In this document: positions 31,654 through 43,095 of the stretch, piece after piece
Layout: the number at the start of each line of letters is the position of its first letter
Numbering within the stretch: position 1 is the stretch's first letter
Assembly (NCBI GenBank): GCA_963765765.1
Contig: CAVXYC010000020.1
Location: 32,001-96,000, forward strand
Source of the DNA: an uncultured Chloroflexia bacterium
Lineage (GTDB): Bacteria > Chloroflexota > UBA6077 > JACCZL01
Direction of reading: 5' to 3'
Length of the DNA stretch: 64,000 bases
Program-made: the position numbers and the translations under genes
Notes under the pieces: model-generated
The model's database searches: none
What the model was told of the DNA's origin: nothing
Seen by the model: the letters and a program-made list of their open reading frames with translations, nothing else

Positions 31654-31823
31654 TCTGGTTGTCGATTCGGATAGCTCCAGATCGAGTGCCGCGAGAGATC
31701 GACTGACGCGCCGCTTGCTCTCTTTGCGGCTAACAATCGCTGTAGCGGTCACCACGTACCTTCGCACTGATCTCTAATTGCCGGTAGCATTGACCGAGAA
31801 TTTCGCCAGTCGGAGACGCCGTA

Positions 31824-32591
31824 GTGAGCGCAAGTGCCTTATTCGACCTCAGCGGGAAGACCGCCATTGTGACTGGAGGAGCGTCAGGCATCGGTCAGGC
31901 GGTTGCTCTGGGATTGGCCGTAAGTGGCGCCAATGTCGTCATAGCCGATCTCAACAAGGCCAATGCCGAAGCAATGGTGCCTCGTATTGTGGGGCTCGGA
32001 CGCCGCGCCCATTCCATCTCCATGGACGTCACGCGGCCCAAACAGGTGGCGGATCTGCTCGAAGAATCCAGGGCCCAATTCGGCGACATTGACATTCTGG
32101 TCAATGCGGCCGGAATCAACGTTCGTGGGGATTCCGTCGATATTAGCGACGATGCGATCAACCAGGTCCTTCAGGTCAATCTGATGGGGGTGCTCCACTG
32201 CTGCCGCGTCATTGGCGCACACATGGTGGAACGAGGCAGCGGCAGTATCGTTAATATCAGCTCCATCATGGGAAGCCTTGCCGGTCCAAGGATTCTGGCC
32301 TACGTGACGTCGAAGGGCGGCGTGACCCAGCTTACCCGGGCGCTGGGCGTAGAGTGGGCAACTAGCGGTGTCCGTGTAAACGCTGTCGGGCCGGGATATT
32401 GCCGCACTCCGCTGATCAACCAGGTCATGGACGATCCCGCCTGGCTTGCTCGCGTGGAGCAGCGCACACCAATGGGCAGGCTTGCCGAGCCACAGGAGAT
32501 CGTTGGCCCCGTGCTCTTCCTGGTTTCCGATGCCGCGAGCTACGTCACCGGCACGGTCCTGTTCGTCGATGGGGGTTACACGGCCTCCTAA
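31824..32591 (+). CDS. SDR family oxidoreductase
   Basis: TGGASGIG, NAAG, YVTSK, VDGG. Confidence 0.92.
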   Translation: MSASALFDLSGKTAIVTGGASGIGQAVALGLAVSGANVVIADLNKANAEAMVPRIVGLGRRAHSISMDVTRPKQVADLLEESRAQFGDIDILVNAAGINVRGDSVDISDDAINQVLQVNLMGVLHCCRVIGAHMVERGSGSIVNISSIMGSLAGPRILAYVTSKGGVTQLTRALGVEWATSGVRVNAVGPGYCRTPLINQVMDDPAWLARVEQRTPMGRLAEPQEIVGPVLFLVSDAASYVTGTVLFVDGGYTAS

Positions 32592-32689
32592 ACGAGCTAG
32601 TCAGTATTGCCTGACACAGGAGGGCCTTCGGTCGTAGAATGCGCAGGGCACACAGTCGTGCTGATTCTGGGAAAGGAGCCAAGAACCAG

Positions 32690-32881
32690 ATGGAAAAAAC
32701 CCTTGTTGCCACACTCGAAGGGCCACTGGGAAAAGCAGAGATTTACGAAGTGCCGCAGGCAAATGCCGATGGTGGCCTACAGCTGCAATACGAAGTGCTC
32801 TTCAATGGTCAAACGGAGACGTACCGCGCCTTGGGGGAAGCGTACCTCGAGGCCGGGGAGAAGTCAGGCGCTCCTGCCTGA
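32690..32881 (+). CDS. Small hypothetical protein (63 aa)
   Basis: AAGGAG RBS; MEKTLVATLEGPLGKAEIYEV. Confidence 0.65.
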   Translation: MEKTLVATLEGPLGKAEIYEVPQANADGGLQLQYEVLFNGQTETYRALGEAYLEAGEKSGAPA

Positions 32882-33008
32882 GCCCGCGATCCACTAAATC
32901 GGCGTCAGTCCAGTGGCGTTCAGCCGTGGATTGGCCTGAGTGAGCGGCCCAATCAACTTCCGATGGCAGTTGATTGGGCCGCTTCTGGTGGATATACTTC
33001 ACAGGCAC

Positions 33009-33083
33009 GCGGAAGTGGCGCAGTGGTAGCGCGTCTCCTTGCCAAGGAGAAGGTCGCGGGTTCGAATCCCGTCTTCCGCTCCA
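33009..33083 (+). tRNA. tRNA-Gly(GCC)
   Basis: Cloverleaf GCGGAAG...CTTCCGC-TCCA, anticodon loop TTGCCAA, GTTCGAATC T-loop. Confidence 0.96.
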
Positions 33084-33096
33084 GATTGCGAGATTT

Positions 33097-33120
33097 AGGG
33101 TCCCGAAGGGACCCTTTATT
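33097..33120 (+). terminator. Terminator after tRNA-Gly
   Basis: AGGGTCCC-GAA-GGGACCCT followed by TTATT. Confidence 0.7.
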
Positions 33121-33255
33121 GTTGACTTGCGTCGCGTGAGGTCGACTCTACCGAGGCCGCTGATCAGACGCCGACCGGTTTCCGGGTCCGTCCCAAGACT
33201 GTGTTAATATTTTCCGCACGACATTTAGCGAGGCGAAGCTTCACTATAGAAAGGA

Positions 33256-33283
33256 CGGGTATGATTCCCGTCTTCCGCCTCAA
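33256..33283 (+). repeat. Degenerate duplicate of the tRNA-Gly 3' end (att-like relic)
   Basis: CGGGTATGATTCCCGTCTTCCGC vs CGGGTTCGAATCCCGTCTTCCGC; 13-bp identical core. Confidence 0.7.
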
Positions 33284-33286
33284 TCC

Positions 33287-33361
<75 letters not shown>

Positions 33362-33370
33362 AGTTTTTGA

Positions 33371-33418
33371 TCTCAAAAGCACCCCGCTCGGTGAATTCGA
33401 GCGGGACGTTTTGAGACC
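33371..33418. terminator. Hairpin/terminator after tRNA-Cys
   Basis: TCTCAAAA...CCCGCTCG...CGAGCGGG...TTTTGAGA. Confidence 0.6.
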
Positions 33419-33918
33419 TTGAGCCCAACAATTAGCCACGGTGGGGTCGAACGCTCCCGCGGATAGACTGACACTACGGCGTTGAAAGCATCACGGGTCT
33501 TTCGATCGCTGAGCGTTGCCAGGGGATGATCCGCCTGCGCGGCAGTAGGACGCATCTGGTGAACCCGATGTGCGACCGACTCATCGATTGGCTCGCTCAC
33601 CAGTGGAGCGTGACGGAGCTGTCGCTCATCTGGCCGCGGCTGAGCGACAAGCGGCTCGAATGCTGACGTTCGCGGACTACCTCAGTTCGGTTTAGAGAAA
33701 CTGCCGATCATAACGTTCAATGACCAACCGGTACGAATTCTGCAAAAATTGTGTGTAACCTTGCACCCCAGTTGAGGGCCATCGAAGTGTAGAGCGGGTC
33801 CCGGTGCCTGGATAAGAAGTCGGAATTTGCGCCCGCGGCGACTCAGATACAGCTAAGGGACTCTCCCTAAGCGGCACTAAATGGCTCTCCTCTGGAGATC
33901 GAAGGCCTGAGGAGGCTT

Positions 33919-34170
33919 ATGATGGCCAAGGATGGTCGATCGCCACGGCGGTGTCCAGAGTGTCACGAGTCCGCGCCCAATGTCACCGCGATAGGTGATG
34001 CCGAACAGACCTGGGTCTGTGGCCAGGATGATTGCTCGGTGCGCGAGTTCACACGCGATGGTGTCAAGACGCGCATGCTGCCGCGTGAACGAGCAAGAAT
34101 GGGCTCAACGAGTCCGTCGGTTCCCGAGCAAGCACGGCGCCAATACGGAGCTCGCTGGCATAACGCTTAG
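33919..34170 (+). CDS. Small Cys-containing (zinc-ribbon-like) protein
   Basis: GAGGAGG RBS; CPEC...WVCGQDDC. Confidence 0.55.
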   Translation: MMAKDGRSPRRCPECHESAPNVTAIGDAEQTWVCGQDDCSVREFTRDGVKTRMLPRERARMGSTSPSVPEQARRQYGARWHNA

Positions 34171-34606
34171 TATTCCCGCGGTAACCACGGAATACTGTCC
34201 CAAGCGTCTCGTCACTGTACGGCCTTCCGTCGCAGGTCCCCGATTGGGACCGATCGCGCTCCGGTTCATGCCGTCGCTGCAAACGTTAGTGTCGGACCAA
34301 TTTCCAATTCACGAGGACACTAGGAGCAATAGTCGACCCTGCTGGAGCCTGTGGCAGAACTGCAATAACTCCGTTCAGGTCCGCGACTCTGCTTGTCGCC
34401 GGCGCTCGATCTCACGAGCGGCCCATGGGTCGGCTGAGAAACGCCAGGAGCACTGACCAACTACGATGGCTTGCCACGTGACGAGTGAATCGGTCTGAAA
34501 TATGTTCGCGCGCACCTTCGTTGCCGATTGCAGAGATTCGCCCGCGGCATCCATACTCTGCACGGGCCGCTACGGCCTATTCACATGACACCTAGCGGGA
34601 GCACCA

Positions 34607-35185
34607 GTGAAGATAACCCCTCTCGAGATTGGCGGACTTCAGCTTGTTGAGCTGGACATCCATGGCGACGCAAGGGGCTTCTTCGTCGAGCGATTCCATG
34701 CTGAGCTCTTCCGACCTTGCATTTCCACCCAGTTCGTTCAGGACAATCACTCCAGATCCGCTCCAGGTGTCCTGCGTGGACTGCACTTCCAATATGGTCC
34801 CCCACAAGGAAAGCTTGTGGGGGTGGTCCACGGTGCCATCTTCGACGTTGCCGTCGACATCCGTCCCGAATCACCGACGTTTGGCCGAAGTTATGGTGTG
34901 GAGCTGAGCGACCTCAACGGACGTTTGCTGTGGGTGCCGCCAGGCTTCGCGCACGGGTTCTGTGTAATCGGTGACGGGCCGGCAGATGTTCTCTATAAGG
35001 TGGACGCCGCCTATGCTCCCACTGGCGAAGGCGGGATTCGCTGGAACGATCCGGAGCTATCGGTGAAGTGGCCCGTGGAGGATCCCACGGTCTCAGCGCG
35101 TGATATGGTGCTGCCCACGTTTGCCGAATATCAGGTAGCCCCGCCTGCATGGTCACAGATCCTGAACGGGGCAGCTAGAACCTAG
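34607..35185 (+). CDS. rfbC: dTDP-4-dehydrorhamnose 3,5-epimerase
   Basis: DARGFF, FVQDNHSRS, VLRGLHFQ, QGKLV, GFAHGF, IRWNDP. Confidence 0.95.
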   Translation: MKITPLEIGGLQLVELDIHGDARGFFVERFHAELFRPCISTQFVQDNHSRSAPGVLRGLHFQYGPPQGKLVGVVHGAIFDVAVDIRPESPTFGRSYGVELSDLNGRLLWVPPGFAHGFCVIGDGPADVLYKVDAAYAPTGEGGIRWNDPELSVKWPVEDPTVSARDMVLPTFAEYQVAPPAWSQILNGAART

Positions 35186-35305
35186 GAAAACCAAGATTAA
35201 ATCGTTGAGCGGAAATTAATGGCCTCGACTATTGAAGTCGGGGCCATTTCCATGTGCGGGGCCTGATGACCGGGCTTGATGACCCGCGGGCGGTCTGGCG
35301 GATTG

Positions 35306-35848
35306 CTATCCGTGCATGCCCCGGCTGGCCCCGGGGCGATGGCCGGGACCAAAGCCTTCGGGACCACTGACGATGACGGCTCGAGGCTGATCGCCGTCGA
35401 TAGCAACCACCATGACCTTGTCACCAACTGCGATCTGGGTTGACGTTTGCCCACCGGTCCATGGCTGCGCGGCCCGGCGAATCACGGTGTCGGCGTTCAG
35501 GCCGTATGTCTTGCTCGAGCCCAATGAGGTGTCGTTGGGGGCGATGGTCAGAGAGTCCGCAGAGACGCTCTGGGCGGTACCCGGGACAACCGTTAGAGTG
35601 TGCGAAACGTTGTTCACATCGCTGAAGCGCGCCTGCACACCCGCAAAATGACTAAAGCGCTCGGCGGGTGAAAGCTGCGCCAGCCCACGCACCTCTGGCG
35701 GAAGCTGTGCAGAGAACATCTCGTGCGGAATTATCTGCCCGGCTGCTGAGGCCACCGCAACTCCGGTGAGATGAGAACCCAGGCCGGATAAAAAGAACGC
35801 GGCGGTAGCCAGCGAGCTAAGGCCTGCAATTGCGATCGTACGTATCAT
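35306..35848 (-). CDS. Secreted hypothetical protein
   Basis: GGAGG RBS, signal peptide, OB-fold-like beta segments. Confidence 0.65.
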   Translation of the reverse strand: MIRTIAIAGLSSLATAAFFLSGLGSHLTGVAVASAAGQIIPHEMFSAQLPPEVRGLAQLSPAERFSHFAGVQARFSDVNNVSHTLTVVPGTAQSVSADSLTIAPNDTSLGSSKTYGLNADTVIRRAAQPWTGGQTSTQIAVGDKVMVVAIDGDQPRAVIVSGPEGFGPGHRPGASRGMHG

Positions 35849-36173
35849 CGTTGTTCCTCCCTTGGCGGGCGTCGTTGTCTCGCATTGCCAGCTGGTCTTC
35901 TTAGAAGCGCTTCACTCAATTGCTGATACGCGTATGGCAGGCCAGAGGTTGCAGCTCGCACTCGAGCTAGTATTGATGTCTTTACGAGGCATGTACTGAT
36001 CGCTTCAGCGATGTTTCACGGCGAGAATTAGCAAGCGAAGCGATGCGGTCCTAGATTGCTAGTGGAGAACGGAAAGCTACCGATTCGCCGCGGCATCGCT
36101 TCCGCTCGTCGTCTTTAGGAGACGCGCTGGAGTACCCACGACGTTCGCCTGGCGAGCGGCATAAGGCGAGCTC

Positions 36174-39100
36174 CTAGCGCGGGTCCACGGTGATCTTGGC
36201 AACCTCGAAGAAGTTCTCGCCGTTTGGCTGCGTAAGGCGCTGGCTGGTAACGGGATCGTACATGCCAGTGATGAGCCGGTATTCGCCCGCGGGGAGGTTG
36301 CGATCGATCGAGATCGCATGCTCGTCCACCACGTGATCGCCCGCCACCCATCCGGATGTCGGTTGGGCGCCGCCATCCGGCTGACCATCGTGCTGGGCAG
36401 CCACTCGTCCATCCGGTCCAAGAAGTTGAGTAAATACGGTGAGCGCCTGTCCGGGCGGCGCATTCGCCTTCCAGAAGAGCGTAAGCAGAAGCTGCTGATC
36501 CCGGCCCGGGCGTACGGTCTGACCGGGATCGAGGGTGTAACCGATCAAAGCAATGGCTGAGCCGAGCTGCGTGTCCAGCTCCACGGTGGGCTTCTGATTG
36601 GAAGACGACTGTCCCTCGCGTCCGCGAATAGTGACACGCTGCACCTCGCGCTTCACCTCTGTGCGGCCGGTCGCGGCGTCGCGCAATTCCAGGACAAGCT
36701 GCGCCTCGCCCGCGGCGGTGCCAGGTCTTGGGATGAGTCGGTACTGGCCTCGGAAGATCTCCCGCTCCTCCCAGCGATTGGTGGGATTCGCATCACCGGT
36801 AGGTCGAGTGATCTGCTCAGCCAGCGTTCGGCCTCCGTCTCGGCTCTCGAGCGCTACGCGTACCTGGTAGTCACGCTTCACATCACGCAGCGCGCGCCAG
36901 ATGAATTGCAGATCCAGCGACTCGCCCGGCGCCAGCTCATTCCGACCGTACTCACCGCCCATGATGTCAACGTCATCATTCAGCCGAACTCGCTCGCGAT
37001 TGGTGACCTGCACCTCACGTTCGCGCGGCGGCGACGGTGCCTTATTGATCAGTACCTCGCCCAGCATTGCCTGCACACCCGAAGGGTTCCCGTTCTGATC
37101 GAGGACGTTCAGCGCTCGCTCGCCGTCCAGTACACGCATGGCCAGTCGGTACCTGCCCGGCGGCGTTTCGGGAGGAACGGCCATGCGGAGCTGATCGCGG
37201 ATGAGCTGCCCGTCCACCCAGGTCCAGGTCGGCGCCATTCGATCCACCGGCTCAGACTCGCGCACGGCCCAGGTGAATCCTTGCTCGTCCACCAGACTGG
37301 CGCTCATGTGATAGATGCCGGGTGACGTGGCAAGTGCTCTCCAGGCAATGTCAACCTGGAGAGTCTCCCCCGCCGCCACGTTTGCTGTTTCCGATTCGCT
37401 CGCCAGCGACACTGGCTCCGGTACCGGTTGTCGATCAGAAAGACCGCGGGTAAGCTGGAAACCCTCAATACCGACTTTGTCCGCGAACAACGCCTTTGCC
37501 GGGTAGCGCAATCCGGCGGATGCCGTGCCACCCTCGGTAACGTGCAGAGGACCGAGTCGGATGGAGCCCTGGGTGGGGAGCAGCTCAACCAGCTCCATGT
37601 TCCGAACCCCAATATTTCGTCCCTGGGAGAGCGCGCCTACGTCAAGCTGATAGACGCCAGGAGCCAGTCCCGCAGGAACCTCCAGTGGAACGGAGGTACG
37701 GTAAGATCCGTCTGTTCCAATGGACTCCCGAGCGGTCTCGGTGGCAAACGACCAGTTCTGCTCGTCGATGTTCGTCAGTCGAACAAAGGCTTCGGATCGT
37801 GCCGCGCGGTCGGCCTGCCCCGGCTCCGGTTTCCAATACAGGTTGACCATCAGACTCGTACCCGGCTCAACCAGCTCACCGCGCTTGAGCTGAGTACCAG
37901 ACCGCAGAAGGTCGTACCCTGTGAGCGTTGCCACATCACCGAGTGTGATCTTGACTGGCACCTGCGCAGGCGACACAGCGTAATATGACTGGAAGAAGCG
38001 CATAGAACCCAACGGCACAAGCATGACAGCAGCGGCGATCAAGCCGCCTCGAATGGCGAGCTCTCGGCCGGTGGGGCGCTCGAGCACAAGCTTGCCACGT
38101 GGGCGAAATGCCCAGATCGCAGTGGCCAGAGCGAACACGACCGCGACGACGGTAATCGCATCGGACATACTGCGGAGTGGCGTGTTTTCAAACGAAACGC
38201 GCAGACTGTGCTCTCCGGCAGGCACTTGTATGGCAAGCATGCCCTCGGGCTCTGACGGGGTCACGTCTACGGGTTGATCGTCGAGCCAGCCCTTCCAACC
38301 GGGGAAATACGCCAGGTTCAGCACAACGCGGGACGGTCTATCCGTACTCACGTGATAGCTTGCCCGCCCCGCTTTCGAGTCAAGCAAGATCACTCGGGCC
38401 CAAGGGTCAGATGCCATCGGGTGCACTGCCTCGTCGTAACGTGCGCCGACCACCCGGCCCAGCGCCTCTGGCGAAACCCAGGGATAGTCGGTGACCCATC
38501 GCGGCACGTACTCGCCTGCCACGGTAGTACCGACGAGGTGGTAGAGCAGCTCAAACTCGATCGTCTCGCGCACGCCAACTTCTGGGTCTTTCTGGTTGGC
38601 CATGATCGGCTTGAGATTCCAGAGGTTTGTAGCCAGGCAGAACACCACCAGCGCTGCAGCCGCGGCAGTTCGCCAGCGCGGGGCCAGGATGTCCACCAGG
38701 TAGCCGGTGGCAATGCTGGTAGGCAGCGCCATGAGAAGCAAGAATCGCCAGGGGAACTGCGTCAGCGGCAGCAACGGGATCGTTTCCCACAGCGGCAACG
38801 AGGGCGGCTGAGAGAAGAAGAATGCAATGCCGAAGATCAGTACGGACATGATCAGCTCGGTACGCGCCCGTGGCAGGAAGCGCTTGAACACGATCAGGCC
38901 AGCGATTGCGCCGATTCCGCCCAGGACCACCTGAACCAGGCCCATCTTGTACGCGTACACCGGCGAGTCGGGAAAGATGATCCCGTAGGTGTGGAATACC
39001 GTGTTCGGCAGAATGTCCTTGAGCGCAGGGAAGTGGTCATTATGCGAGACATAGAGAAGTCCCTTTAGCTGGACGAGCTCCTTCTCCACCAGCGCCGGAA

Positions 39101-39831
39101 ATGCAAGGTAAGCGCACAGGCCACCTGCGAGCAGCGGCCGCGGCGACCAACCGGGCGCCCACAAACGAGAAGGTCTTCACTCCACCGCCGTTCTCCAGAA
39201 CGGCGCGAATCATGAGCCACAGGCAGTAAATCACCAGAATGGGCGTAAAGATGAAGGCGGAGAGGTTGTGCGTCAGCACGATCAGCGCATAGAAGCCCGC
39301 CGCGGCAATGAAGTACCGCCCGAGTTTCCAACGACTGTGCGGCTCGGAGAGTCGGCTGAACGCCCAGAGAATCGTTGGGAAAAGCGCCATCGCCGCGAAT
39401 TCCGGAATGTCGCCGCGGTAATAGGCGTTGACCAGGTGGTACGGAACGTAGACGAACACCACCGACGCCACGGTGGCGGCGTTGAGCGACAGAAACGTGG
39501 AGCTATAGAGGAACGCTCCCACCGCTGAGAGGACCATGAAAACCGCGATGACAGCCTTCGTGGCAGCAAGCCAACCGAGGCCAACCGCGTGGAATGCCGC
39601 CGCCAGGTAGTAGGTGAACGGCGAATAGAAATTAAAGAGCGGTGTGCCGTAACCCAGGAACTGATCCGGCGCCCAGCGACACACGAGACTTCCGTCACGC
39701 AAGCACTGATCGATCTCGATGGCTCGATGAACGTGGTACAGCCCATCACTCGAGGCAAAGAAATGCTCGGTAGTAAGGGGGATGAGCGCCGGAAGCGAGA
39801 GGGCGCTAACGAGGAGCAGGCGAAAGAGCAA
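36174..39831 (-). CDS. Large GT-C-like membrane protein (6-pyruvoyl-tetrahydropterin-synthase-related/YfhO-like) with repeated C-terminal Ig-like domains; indel at ~39130
   Basis: DGLYH, GYGTPLFNFYSP, YYRGDIPE, QFPWRF, YFPGW, and repeated 'L.L.W.A...P...W..G' domains. Confidence 0.8.
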
Positions 39832-40126
39832 GTCGTCTGTCTTAGGAGAGAGATATCGCCGAGCGCAGCCCGGCCGATGTCACGCTACCTTATAGCCGTC
39901 TAGGCCAGGTGCGATCAACCGCGAGCAAGCTATTACTACGGTGGTGCGGGTCTCTGTACCCGCCAGTTGGCTCAGATGCCCCAGTGATGGAAGAAGAGAC
40001 CCATACTCCAGGGGCAAACAAGTCCACGCACCTAACAACGGTCAGGCCAGTGCTCGGGCTCGCAAGTCCGAATCGCTTCAGGCCATCCAGTAGAATCCAA
40101 ACGGTGACGCGCCAGGCGCGTCTCCA

Positions 40127-40211
40127 GCCGGGGTGGCGGAATGGCAGACGCGGCGGACTTAAACTCCGCTGTCCGCGAGGACGTACGGGTTCGAATCCCG
40201 TCCCCGGCACC
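40127..40211 (+). tRNA. tRNA-Leu(TAA)
   Basis: GCCGGGG...CCCCGGC-A, anticodon loop CTTAAAC, long variable arm. Confidence 0.93.
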
Positions 40212-40226
40212 GGTGATTGAACTCGA

Positions 40227-41436
40227 TTATGACGAGTGCGCGATTTTCACGGCGCCCACAACGGTTACTTGACGACCAAACTGAGGACCAAGGCGTTCAG
40301 GAGATTGCGCTAGGACTTGATCCATCCGAGCTGCGGCCTGTTCCTGCATCGTCGGCAGAACGTGACTGTAGACATCCAGCTTAAGGCTGATAGTGCTGTG
40401 TCCGAGCGTCTCCTGGACAACCTTCGGATGTTCACCCATTGCCAGCAGCAAGGTCGCGGCGGTATGGCGCAGGTCATGGAATCGGATTGCAGGTAGCTCC
40501 GCACGCTGAAGAAGTGGTTTGAATTCGCGGCTAGAAATGTTCCGTCCGTCGAAATCCTCACCGATTTCGTTACAGATGACGAGGTCGTGAGCGGCCCAAT
40601 GCGGGCCTGCGCTTAGTCGCGTCTCAAGCTGTCGAGTTCAATGGGCGGAGTGCATTTACTGCCGTACTCGAGAGGCGTATCTGACGACGACGGTGCCCGG
40701 TCTTCGGCTCTTCGAAACTCCACTCGCCTGGGAGACGTTGCAGCGTGTGGCGCACCTCTAGCCGTGCGGCGTCGAGATCAAGGTTCGGCCAGCGAAGCGC
40801 GAGCAACTCGCCTTGCCGCATCCCGGTGGTGACCGCCAAGACATACAGCGCTTCCAGATGATCGCCTGATGATGTCTGCAAGAGCTTTCTTGCCTGCTCA
40901 AGGGTTAGGGGGCGAATCTCTTGATGTTTCGGTGTTGGCACATCAACGGCGTCCGAGGGATTCCGTCCAATCAATTTCCACTTCACCGCCTGACGCAGGG
41001 CTCGATGCAGCACGGAGTGAAGGAATTGGACAGTCCGTGCCAGAAGTCCCTCCGAGAGCTTCTTGCTGTAGAGCCGACTCAAATGCTGTGGGGTAAGCTT
41101 CGAAAGAGTCACCCGCCCGAGCGTCGGGAGTGCATGCAGTTCCACGAGCTGCTGGTAGCGTACGTACCTTCGAGGCCGTAGTGTGGGCCGAGCGGTATCT
41201 TCAAGCCATCGGCGTAGGTAATGCTTTAGTAACTGCTCGGGCGCGGTAACCAGCGTTCCATCGCGCAGTTGCTGCCGCGCTCCGGCAAGCATGTTTTGAA
41301 CTTCTCGCTGCGTTCTGCCGTAGAACGGCTTGCGCTTCCGCTTCCCATGCACCCAGCCTAGATCGACCTTCGCTTCCCAGCGACCGTCTTTGCGCTTCGT
41401 GATCGTGCCTTCACCGTGTCCGCGTCGTCAGGCCAT
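40227..41436 (-). pseudogene. Tyrosine recombinase/phage integrase pseudogene at tRNA-Leu
   Basis: RGHGEGTI, TTGMRQGELL, FHDLRH, LGHS, DVYSH; TGA at codon 3 and TGA plus indel at ~40640. Confidence 0.9.
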
Positions 41437-41624
41437 CAGTCCGACTCCTTCGCCCGCTGCTCGCGCTTCCGCTTCGTATAGGCAGCCACACGGCATCGGT
41501 TGGAGCATTACTGCCGCCTCACCGTGCCCGTCATGCTGGTCCCGCAGATCACACAGGGGCGCTCGACGATACGCGGGCGCGCCACCAACTCTCGCCCGAG
41601 GACCCTCCCACGTTCATCAGTCAT
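41436..41624 (-). pseudogene. Small zinc-finger gene (CGNR-like) coupled to the integrase, with an internal TAA
   Basis: Manual translation MTDE...CVICG...RRQ*CSNRCRVAAYTKRKR...D*; TGATG overlap with the integrase start. Confidence 0.65.
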
Positions 41625-41971
41625 GGGTTCATCCCATCACATTTAAACGTTTCCGTGTGACTTGAAAACGCGACAACAGATTTCGTTGACTCGCTGGGGA
41701 AAAGCGACATATGCGACATATCTCGCTGACTGGCGGCCTGCGGTCACGATCAAAAGGTAATGCGTCGGCTGGCGTCCCTGCCCTTCATTGATGTTGCTAA
41801 GAGGCGATGCTACCGATCAGTGACCTCGCCAGGACGCTGGCGTAATGAACTGAATAGTCCACTCGAACTACATCCATGACCGAAGGTCCCGCGTTAATGT
41901 GTCTGTCAGCAAGTTAACTGGGCGGGTTCGCCCACTCGCATGCAATCGCGCCGATGATGAACCACTAACTA

Positions 41972-42001
41972 TTTGTGTAGCGCTCGTTTGTGTAGCGCTC
42001 G
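41972..42001 (+). repeat. 15-bp tandem duplication
   Basis: (TTTGTGTAGCGCTCG)x2. Confidence 0.9.
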
Positions 42002-42051
42002 GTCTCCGATGGGGCGGCAGGGAGCACAGCAGGGGAGAAAGAGGCCAGTCC

Positions 42052-42488
42052 ATGCTCGTTCATGAAGCGCGCCTGCTCAGATCGATCGCCCGCGCCACCC
42101 ACGGCCGGTTCCCGCCGACCGCGTTCCCCCGGCTGGTGGAGCTCCTCCAGCGCCGCGCGGCGCGCGACGGGGCCGCGGCCGGGTACGAGTCCATGTATGA
42201 CGACCTCGGAGCTGCGGGGAGCATCCGGGGGACTCCGTGGGCGGCGTCCGGGTGGACGCCGTCACCATCGCACCCGACGTGCAGGCGCGGGTGCTCGGGT
42301 ATCTGCACGCGCACCGCGCCGACTGGATCGAGGCCTTGCGCCGGGATGGCAAGCGGCTGGGCGACGTGCGGGTGGTCCGCGACAGCATCGAGGTGGTGGT
42401 CGAGCGGGATCCAGATACGGCCCCCGGAGTGCCCGAGCATCGACGAGCTCCGCGCCACGGCGCACGCGAGCATCGCGACCGCGTCTAG
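42052..42488 (+). CDS. Hypothetical protein (frameshifted, very GC-rich)
   Basis: GAGG before ATG; continues into ORF 42237-42488. Confidence 0.35.
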
Positions 42489-42553
42489 CCGCGCCCCCTC
42501 ACCGGGCGGCACCGCGCCCGATGGCCTCCCTGGTGGACGACACTAGGAGCGTC

Positions 42554-43095
42554 ATGCCCGACCCGTCGCACCCTCCTGGGCCGCCGCCGCTGGACGGTCG
42601 GATCGCGGCAAACCCGGAGGGCGTACTCGTTGACCCGAACGATGCCTGCACCGTCTATGAAATCAACTACCTGTCGAACATCGCTCCCCAATACGATGAT
42701 CGATTCAACGGCGGGCGTGGACTCTGGTATCAGCTTGAGACTCGAATCCGTCAGGATATTGTCGGAACGGGGACGCCGATCCACGTTATCAGTGGCACCG
42801 TGTTCGGGAATGCTCCGATCCAGACAGTGGGCGCGCGTCTCATCCCCATCCCGCACATGGACTTTCAGATCCTCATCACTCCGTATGGAGTCGTGCGCTT
42901 GCTATTTGTCCACTCGCCCCAGATCGGTGCCCATGGCTGCGCCCTCCGTGCGACTCTGGAAGACTGGATCGTCGCCATGGCGGATATCGGAGCCGTCTCT
43001 GGGCTCGGCTTCTTTGCAGGCGCCAGCGATGAATTGGAGGCGAGCCTCCAACACCGGACGGTCGCGCGGTGTGGAAGGTACTCACGGGGAAGTAG
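42554..43095 (+). pseudogene. DNA/RNA non-specific endonuclease (NucA/EndoG) C-terminal remnant
   Basis: YLSNIAPQ...FNGG.GLWYQLE..IR, VISGTVF, IPIP; the DRGH motif is replaced by DGRI. Confidence 0.65.

Noticed and set aside
40227-41624. Stop-codon recoding in the integrase module
   Set aside because: Both TGA and TAA are involved, and TGA terminates many normal genes here; decay is the simpler explanation.
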